From contig JACKFK010000008.1 of NCBI GenBank assembly GCA_020632515.1, forward strand, positions 72,171 through 136,170: a stretch of 64,000 bases of DNA. The letters are read 5' to 3'. The notes beneath the pieces are model-generated. The model was given only the letters and a program-made list of their open reading frames with translations. It made no database searches and was not told where the DNA came from. This DNA is from Candidatus Omnitrophota bacterium. GTDB lineage: Bacteria > Omnitrophota > Gorgyraeia > Zapsychrales > Zapsychraceae. Shown piece after piece: positions 8,957 through 15,628 of this stretch (position 1 is its first letter; each line of letters begins with the position of its first letter). The position numbers and the translations under genes were made by a program.

Positions 8957-10285
8957 GTGCAAAGAAGTGATTTAATGGAAAAAGTTGTCTCTTTGTGTAA
9001 GAGACGAGGATTTATATTTCAATCCTCAGAAATTTATGGTGGCCTCGCCAGCGCATGGGACTATGGACCACTCGGAGTAGAATTAAAACGTAATGTTAAA
9101 TCCTCCTGGTGGAAAGCTGTTGTGCACGATCGTGATGATGTGGTTGGTTTAGATGCCAGTATTTTGATGCATCCAAAGGTTTGGCAGGCTTCTGGACACG
9201 CGGAAAATTTTCATGATGATCTCGTCGATTGTAGAGTTTGTAAAAAACGATTTCGTGCGGACCATTTGGAAAATCGTGATTGTAAAACTAAAGATAAATG
9301 TGATTTTACGACGGCAAGGGCTTTTAATCTGATGTTTAAGACGCATTTAGGCGCGGTGGAAGATGAAGCATCAGTAACTTATTTGAGGCCAGAAACAGCG
9401 CAGGGGATATTCGCTAATTTTAGAAATGTTTTGGATTCAACGCATAAGAAATTACCTTTTGGAATAGCTCAAATTGGAAAATCGTTTAGAAATGAAATTA
9501 CACCAGGAAATTATACATTTCGTACGCGGGAGTTTGAGCAAATGGAAATAGAATATTTTACAAAACCAGAACACGCCGACGAATGTTATCAACAGTGGAT
9601 AAATCAACGTTTTCAATGGTATTTGAAATTAGGTATTCAAGAAAAACATTTGCGAATTCGTCGTCATGGAGATGATGAATTGGCGCATTACGCTAAAGGG
9701 TGTAGTGATATTGAATATGAATTCCCCTTTGGCTGGTCGGAATTAGAAGGAATAGCGAATCGAACGGATTTTGATTTAAAACAACATGCGAAATTTTCAG
9801 GAGTTGATTTGCAGTATAACGATCAAGTGGAACAGAAAAAATATTTTCCTTATGTGATTGAACCTTCGGGGGGCGTTGATCGGGCTACTTTAGCTTTTCT
9901 CGTGGACGCGTATCATGAAGAAGAAGTTCAAGAACGCACAAGAGTCGTTTTAAAATTGAATCATCAATTAGCGCCGATTAAGGTTGCTGTTTTGCCATTG
10001 CTCAAGAAAAATTCTGAGATTGTTGAAATGAGTAAAAAAATTAAGAATAGATTGCAAAAGAAATGTGTCTGTGTTTATGATGATTCCGCAGCTATTGGAA
10101 AATTGTATCGCCGTCAGGATGAAATCGGAACAATGTATTGCGTTACAGTTGATGTTGATTCATTGCAAGATCAACAGATTACTGTTAGAGAGCGTGACAC
10201 GATGAAGCAAGAACGAATTTCAGCGGATCAATTAGAGAATTATTTGACTGAGAAATTAACCAATGATTCGTCTATTTTGAATTAA
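8957..10285 (+). CDS. glyQS: glycine--tRNA ligase (homodimeric class II GlyQS type)
   Basis: MEKVVSLCKRRGFIFQSSEIYGGLASAWDYGPLG is the canonical GlyRS N-terminus. Class II motifs and an anticodon-binding C-terminus are present. The start is either GTG 8957 or ATG 8975. Confidence 0.93.
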   Translation: MQRSDLMEKVVSLCKRRGFIFQSSEIYGGLASAWDYGPLGVELKRNVKSSWWKAVVHDRDDVVGLDASILMHPKVWQASGHAENFHDDLVDCRVCKKRFRADHLENRDCKTKDKCDFTTARAFNLMFKTHLGAVEDEASVTYLRPETAQGIFANFRNVLDSTHKKLPFGIAQIGKSFRNEITPGNYTFRTREFEQMEIEYFTKPEHADECYQQWINQRFQWYLKLGIQEKHLRIRRHGDDELAHYAKGCSDIEYEFPFGWSELEGIANRTDFDLKQHAKFSGVDLQYNDQVEQKKYFPYVIEPSGGVDRATLAFLVDAYHEEEVQERTRVVLKLNHQLAPIKVAVLPLLKKNSEIVEMSKKIKNRLQKKCVCVYDDSAAIGKLYRRQDEIGTMYCVTVDVDSLQDQQITVRERDTMKQERISADQLENYLTEKLTNDSSILN

Positions 10286-10343
10286 ATGGACAAAATCAGT
10301 TTCCCCATGATTTTGGGGTGATAAAGAAAGGGTAGAAGTAAAC

Positions 10344-13142
10344 ATGGCTAAGAAGTACGTATATTTTTTTGGCGGCGGAAAAGCCGAGGGAACAGCTCAA
10401 ATGAAAAATTTATTAGGTGGAAAAGGCGCTAATCTAGCTGAAATGGCTGGGCATAAGGATTTGCGACTGCCAGTTCCTCCGGGATTTACTATTACAACGG
10501 AAGTATGTACATATTATTATGAAAACAAAAAGAAATATCCTGCATCTTTAAAAGCAGAAGTTAATACAGCTATTAAAAAAGTTGAAAAAGTCATGGGAAA
10601 GAAGTTTGGCGATGTAAAGAATCCTTTGCTTGTTTCAGTAAGATCCGGAGCTAGAGTTTCTATGCCAGGAATGATGGAGACTGTTTTAAATGTTGGGTTA
10701 ACAGAAAAGACCTTACCCGGCTTAGCTGTTAAATTCGGCAGTGAGCGGTTTGCTTACGATGCTTATCGACGGTTAATTACAATGTATTCTGATGTTGTTA
10801 TGGAAAAATCTGCAGGAATTGAACCGGCTGAAGGTCAAGGCATCCGTGTGCAGTTAGATAAACTTTTATCGAAAAAGAAAAAAGAATGTGGTGTAAAAGT
10901 TGACTCGGAATTGACTGTTGAAGATTTAAAAAGTTTAATCGCGGAATATAAAGTTCGAATCAAAGATGTTTTAGGTAAACAATTTCCAGATGATCCTGAA
11001 CAGCAATTATGGGGCGCGATAACAGCTGTTTTTCAATCATGGAGTGGTAAGCGGGCGGTATCTTATCGTAAGATTGAAAATATTCCAGAGGAATGGGGAA
11101 CGGCTGTAAACGTTCAAAGTATGGCCTTTGGTAATACTGGTGAAAATTCTTCGACGGGTGTTGCTTTTACGCGTAATCCAGGAAATGGCGAAAATCATTT
11201 TTATGGAGAATACCTTGTCAATGCTCAAGGGGAAGACGTCGTTGCTGGGATCAGAACTCCGTCGCCGATTAATGAATATTCACAAAGTGAATTAAACAAA
11301 GACCTTAAAATTCTTGCCAATGAAAATCCAAAGATCTACAAACAATTAGAGGATATTCGTAAGCGTTTAGAAAAACATTATAAAGATATGCAGGATATTG
11401 AATTTACCGTTGAAGAGGGTGTGCTTTTCATGTTGCAGTGTCGCAGCGGAAAAAGAAATGGTCCTGCAGCTGTTCGTATGGCTGTTGATATGGTTAAAGA
11501 GAAATTGATTGATAAAGAAACGGCTGTTACACGAGTAACGCCTGCGCAGTTGGATGAATTGTTGCATCCGATTATTGATCCGGTGGAAGAAAAGGTTGCT
11601 AAATTTTTAGGAAAAGGTTTGCCAGCAGGGCCCGGCGGGGCAAGCGGGCAGATTGTCTTTACCTCCGATGACGCTGTTAAGTGGGCAAAGGAAAAAAAGC
11701 AAGTTATTTTAGTTCGTGATGAGACAAATCCTGAAGATGTTGAGGGGATGCGGGCGTCACAAGCAATTCTTACCGCTCGCGGCGGAATGACATCGCATGC
11801 GGCTTTAGTTGCGCGGGGCTGGGGAAAATGTTGTATTGTTGGTTGTTCTGATATTGAGATTGATTTTTCTGACAGAACAATGAATATAGGATCAAACCGG
11901 TTAAAAGAAGGTGATTGGATCACGCTAAACGGGACAAAAGGAACTTTTTATGAAACTCGTTTACCTATGATTGACGCGTCGGAAGAAAATACATATTTTC
12001 AAGAATTTTTGAAAATATGTGATTCAGTCCGTACTTTAAATATTCGAACTAATTGTGATACGCCTGAAGATGCGGTTAAGGCGCGAACATTTGGTGCTGA
12101 AGGAATTGGGCTCTTTAGAACGGAACACATGTTTTATGGAAAACATTCAGAAGAGCCATTGTTCATTTTACGAAAAATGATTATGTCTAAAGATGTAGCT
12201 GAGCGACGGCACGCTTTAGATGAATTATTTCCTCATGTTAAAAGCGATATTAAAGGAACTTTAGAAGCGATGAGCGGATATCCTGTAACTATTCGTTTGT
12301 TAGATCCGCCATTGCATGAATTTGTTCCTCATAAAAAAGAAGCATTAGATAATCTAGCTAAAAGTTTAGGTATTAATGCTGAACAATTAGAAAAACGAAC
12401 AGCTGCGTTACATGAAAGTAATCCGATGATGGGGCATCGCGGGGTGCGCTTGGGCGTGACTTTTCCTGAGATTACCGAGATGCAAGTGAGGGCGATTCTG
12501 GAAGCCACTGCGGAGCTTTTGAAAAATGGAAAGAAAATTTATCCGGAAATTATGGTTCCGGTTATTTGTTCCGTTAATGAATTGAAAACGCAGAAAAAGA
12601 TTGTAGCACGTGTTTATGAAGAAGTTTTAAAGAAGTATAATATGAAAAAATTCTTTTACATGTTTGGAACGATGATTGAAATCCCTCGAGCGGCTTTAAC
12701 AGCTGACCAAATCGCGGAAGAAGCAGAGTTCTTCTCTTTCGGAACCAATGATTTAACTCAGATGAGTTTTGGTTTTTCACGTGATGATATTGGTGGATTC
12801 CTTCCAGATTATTTAGAAAATAATATCTTGCCGGAAGATCCGTTTCAAAGTATTGATGAAAATGGTGTTGGTCAGTTGATTGATATTGGAGTTAAACGAG
12901 GACGCCAAGCGCGATCCAATTTAAAGATTGGTATATGTGGAGAGCATGGCGGAGATCCGGCATCAATCGCATTTTGCCAGCAAGTAGGAATGGATTATGT
13001 TAGTTGTTCACCTTATCGCGTTCCGATTGCGCGTTTAGCTGCGGCTCAATCAGCGTTAAAATTAAAGGGAACTACTAAAAAGGGTAATACTACAAAGAAA
13101 AAAGCAGTTAAGAAAACTAGCGTCAAAGCAAAGAAAAGATAA
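10344..13142 (+). CDS. ppdK: pyruvate, phosphate dikinase (with a Lys-rich C-terminal tail)
   Basis: Full-length PPDK architecture: N-terminal ATP-grasp (GGKGANLAEM), phospho-His domain (GGMTSHAALVARGWGK) and PEP/pyruvate TIM barrel (FFSFGTNDLTQM; CGEHGGDP). Confidence 0.95.
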   Translation: MAKKYVYFFGGGKAEGTAQMKNLLGGKGANLAEMAGHKDLRLPVPPGFTITTEVCTYYYENKKKYPASLKAEVNTAIKKVEKVMGKKFGDVKNPLLVSVRSGARVSMPGMMETVLNVGLTEKTLPGLAVKFGSERFAYDAYRRLITMYSDVVMEKSAGIEPAEGQGIRVQLDKLLSKKKKECGVKVDSELTVEDLKSLIAEYKVRIKDVLGKQFPDDPEQQLWGAITAVFQSWSGKRAVSYRKIENIPEEWGTAVNVQSMAFGNTGENSSTGVAFTRNPGNGENHFYGEYLVNAQGEDVVAGIRTPSPINEYSQSELNKDLKILANENPKIYKQLEDIRKRLEKHYKDMQDIEFTVEEGVLFMLQCRSGKRNGPAAVRMAVDMVKEKLIDKETAVTRVTPAQLDELLHPIIDPVEEKVAKFLGKGLPAGPGGASGQIVFTSDDAVKWAKEKKQVILVRDETNPEDVEGMRASQAILTARGGMTSHAALVARGWGKCCIVGCSDIEIDFSDRTMNIGSNRLKEGDWITLNGTKGTFYETRLPMIDASEENTYFQEFLKICDSVRTLNIRTNCDTPEDAVKARTFGAEGIGLFRTEHMFYGKHSEEPLFILRKMIMSKDVAERRHALDELFPHVKSDIKGTLEAMSGYPVTIRLLDPPLHEFVPHKKEALDNLAKSLGINAEQLEKRTAALHESNPMMGHRGVRLGVTFPEITEMQVRAILEATAELLKNGKKIYPEIMVPVICSVNELKTQKKIVARVYEEVLKKYNMKKFFYMFGTMIEIPRAALTADQIAEEAEFFSFGTNDLTQMSFGFSRDDIGGFLPDYLENNILPEDPFQSIDENGVGQLIDIGVKRGRQARSNLKIGICGEHGGDPASIAFCQQVGMDYVSCSPYRVPIARLAAAQSALKLKGTTKKGNTTKKKAVKKTSVKAKKR

Positions 13143-13311
13143 GCTTTTTATTATCATTAGTTTTGAAGAATAAAATACATCCTAGAATTTAAATTCTATA
13201 AGCTCAATGGGGCATATAGGTGCATAAAAAGAATAACGCTTTAATAGAATTTAAAGGTAAAGGATTTTAAGAGGGATATATTGTGATGAAAACCTTATGT
13301 GAAAATATAAT

Positions 13312-14139
13312 ATGGACCCAATTAAAGCTTATTTAAAAGATGTACGGCCTATCCCGCTTTTAACAGCAGATGAAGAAATCGATCTTGCTAAGAAAGTGAA
13401 AAAAGGAGATCGAGAAGCGCGGGATAAGATGATTCGATCTAATCTTAGATTGGTAATTAGTATTGCGAAAAGGTATGTCAATTTAGGGGTTCCTTTAAGT
13501 GATTTAATCGAAGAAGGAAATATCGGATTAATGAAGAGTGTTGAGAAATTTGATCCGACGAAAGGGTTTCGTTTTTCAACGTATTCAGCTTGGTGGATTA
13601 AACAGGGAATTTCCCGGGCAATAATTGATCAGGGAAAAATGATTCGTGTTCCTGTGTATATGAATGAAGAGATTCTCAAATATAAGAAAATGGTTGAGAA
13701 ACTAACTCATAAGCTTAAACGAAAACCCCGGCAGGGCGAAGTGGCAAAAAAGATGAAGATTCCTGTAGATAAGGTAAGGGATCTTGAGAATTCAATCGCT
13801 AAGATGTCAAGTCTTGACGCTCCGATCGGAGATGTGGGTGACGGTCAAGTTAAAGACATTATTGAAGATCAGAATATTGCTAGTCCCGATGAGCAACTGG
13901 AAATTTTCTTTAATAAAGAACGGGCTATGGGATTTTTGGAGATGTTGAACGAGCGCGAGCGTAAAATTTTGGAATTACGTTATGGTCTTACGGATGGAAC
14001 ATCGAGGACATTAGCGGAAATTGCAAAAATTCTTGGCGTCTCGAGAGAACGTGTCCGGCAGATTGAGTCAGCCACTATTAAGAAAATTCGACAAATTATC
14101 AGTCAAAAAGAAAAGAATAAAGAAAAAGAACGTGTCTAG
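13312..14139 (+). CDS. RNA polymerase sigma factor, sigma-70 family (RpoD/RpoS-like, lacks region 1.1)
   Basis: Region 1.2 (DPIKAYLKDVRPIPLLT), region 2 (NLRLVISIAKRY..EGNIGLMKSVEKFD..FSTYSAWWIKQ), region 3, and region 4 (ILELRYGL..RTLAEIAKILGVSRERVRQIE). Confidence 0.9.
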   Translation: MDPIKAYLKDVRPIPLLTADEEIDLAKKVKKGDREARDKMIRSNLRLVISIAKRYVNLGVPLSDLIEEGNIGLMKSVEKFDPTKGFRFSTYSAWWIKQGISRAIIDQGKMIRVPVYMNEEILKYKKMVEKLTHKLKRKPRQGEVAKKMKIPVDKVRDLENSIAKMSSLDAPIGDVGDGQVKDIIEDQNIASPDEQLEIFFNKERAMGFLEMLNERERKILELRYGLTDGTSRTLAEIAKILGVSRERVRQIESATIKKIRQIISQKEKNKEKERV

Positions 14140-14986
14140 TCGAAAGCGTAAACCGACTTTTGTATTAGTTATTCCCCGTTTCGAAGATATTTTTCACTCC
14201 TTTTATGCAACAGAAGTGATTCGAGGAGTCAGTCTTTCTGCCAGCCGCCTGAATGCGGATTTTCTTATTCACATTACAGATCGAACAAATCACCGCGGCT
14301 GGCTTGATTCCACATTAATGGATAAAGATTATATCGATGGAATTATCTTTGCTGATATTGACAATGATGTAAATATTGTTAAGAAAGCGATCCGTCGCGG
14401 GGTTCCTTGTATTGTTCTCAACAATTTATTGGACGAACCTATTAATTTCGTTGCCATGGATAATGAAAAGGCTGCGTGTGAAGTTATTGAATTCTTAATT
14501 AGTCTTGGCCATGAGAAAATTGCGACTATATGTGGCGATGTTTCTACACAGGCAGGATTAATGCGTTTAGAAGGATATCAGAAAACCCTTTTAAAATATA
14601 AGCTAAATGTTCCCAGAAATTATATTACATTCGGAGAATTCTTGCGCACGCCAGCGCGAGCCGCAGCTAAAAAGCTATTGTCATTAAAGGCAAGGCCGAC
14701 CGCGATTTTTGCTGCTTCGGATGTTATGGCCTTGGAATTGATGGATGTGGCCCGGGAAATGAAAATTAAAATTCCTGAAGAGTTATCGGTGATTGGCTTT
14801 GATGATAATCCATTGAGCTTAACAAATTCGATAAAGTTAACCACGGTGGCTCAACCAATTGTTGAAATGGGACGGTTAGGTGCTGAGAATTTAAGTTTAA
14901 TTAGTCGGGGGAAAGCGGGTTTGCCGGTAAAGGTGGTTCTTCCAACAAAGTTATTAAAAGGGGATTCAACGGCTAAGCTTTCTTAA
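14132..14986 (+). CDS. LacI-family periplasmic-binding-fold (Peripla_BP) ligand-binding domain protein lacking the N-terminal HTH
   Basis: The core begins immediately (TFVLVIPRFEDIFHSFYATEVIRG) and runs through typical LacI-core motifs (IFAASDVMALELMDVARE..IPEELSVIGFDD..LTTVAQP). The only plausible start is GTG 14132, overlapping the sigma stop as GTGTCTAG. The ATG at 14021 lies inside the sigma gene. Confidence 0.75.
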   Translation: MSSRKRKPTFVLVIPRFEDIFHSFYATEVIRGVSLSASRLNADFLIHITDRTNHRGWLDSTLMDKDYIDGIIFADIDNDVNIVKKAIRRGVPCIVLNNLLDEPINFVAMDNEKAACEVIEFLISLGHEKIATICGDVSTQAGLMRLEGYQKTLLKYKLNVPRNYITFGEFLRTPARAAAKKLLSLKARPTAIFAASDVMALELMDVAREMKIKIPEELSVIGFDDNPLSLTNSIKLTTVAQPIVEMGRLGAENLSLISRGKAGLPVKVVLPTKLLKGDSTAKLS

Positions 14987-15010
14987 GTCCTTAAGGAAAG
15001 GTTTTATAAT

Positions 15011-15544
15011 ATGAAAGAGGCTTTAAAGAAAAGTGATTTAAGAAATAGAATACGAGACATTCCTGACTTCCCTAAAGAAGGAATTATTTTTAAAGATATA
15101 ACAACTTTATTGAAAGACAAAGCTGCTTTTAAGAAATCCATAGATATATTGGCAAAGAAATTTCGAAAAGAAGATATTGAATATGTTGTAGGAGTTGAGG
15201 CGAGAGGATTTATTTTTGGCGCAGCTTTGGCGTATAAGCTCGGGGTGGGATTCATCCCTGTCCGTAAAAAAGGAAAACTTCCTTCAAAAACAAAAAGTAT
15301 TACCTATGAGTTGGAATATGGTACGGATAGTCTTGAAATTCATGAAGATGCGTTGAATCCTCAAGCAAGGGTATTAATTGTTGATGATTTGCTGGCGACG
15401 GGAGGGACAATTAAAGCGGTTTCTGATTTAGTAAAAAATCAGAAAGCTGTAATTGCTGGAGTTGCCTTTATTGTTGAATTAGGTTTTCTTAAAGGCAAAG
15501 AGAAATTAAAAGATTTAGATGTTTATTCGGTTATAAAATATTAA
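15011..15544 (+). CDS. apt: adenine phosphoribosyltransferase
   Basis: IRDIPDFPKEGIIFKDIT and the PRPP motif VLIVDDLLATGGT. 177 aa. Confidence 0.93.
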   Translation: MKEALKKSDLRNRIRDIPDFPKEGIIFKDITTLLKDKAAFKKSIDILAKKFRKEDIEYVVGVEARGFIFGAALAYKLGVGFIPVRKKGKLPSKTKSITYELEYGTDSLEIHEDALNPQARVLIVDDLLATGGTIKAVSDLVKNQKAVIAGVAFIVELGFLKGKEKLKDLDVYSVIKY

Positions 15545-15568
15545 TAGATTGTTGAATGCGTATATGAA

Positions 15569-15603
15569 AATCTCCCTAGAATTCTTTAGGGAGATTCATT
15601 TTT
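15569..15603 (+). terminator. Rho-independent terminator after apt
   Basis: ATCTCCCTA / TAGGGAGAT 9-bp stem with an 8-nt loop, followed by TCATTTTT. Confidence 0.7.
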
Positions 15604-15628
15604 AACGAAGCAGATTTAATGTCTACGG

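Noticed and set aside
8737-8974. T-box riboswitch upstream of glyQS
   Set aside because: It was expected from the Firmicutes precedent. However, the conserved T-box core (GGUGGNACCGCG) and a terminator/antiterminator pair are not visible, so the region is reported only as an unexplained leader.
10286-10343. Two mutually exclusive small hairpins (AAAATCA/TGATTTT versus CCCC/GGGG) between glyQS and ppdK as an attenuator
   Set aside because: The stems are only 4-7 bp and no U-tract follows. The spacer is too short for a meaningful regulatory call.
11378-11923. 181-aa ORF antisense to ppdK (with the smaller antisense ORFs at 11037-11228 and 11367-11567)
   Set aside because: These are shadow ORFs opposite the most conserved part of PPDK. 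They have no start-site signals or family resemblance.
14021-14131. ATG at 14021 as the start of the LacI-core protein (the start in the ORF track)
   Set aside because: It would need a 119-nt overlap inside the sigma region 4 coding sequence. It would add a 37-aa basic extension with no HTH character. GTG 14132 at the sigma stop is more plausible.
14100-14140. Programmed +1 ribosomal frameshift fusing sigma to the LacI core
   Set aside because: There is no prfB-like slippery codon/stop context (…CGT GTC TAG T) and no stimulatory SD at the right distance. A real or artefactual 1-nt indel in the A-rich tract is a more realistic route to a fusion, and that is kept as an alternative in the finding.
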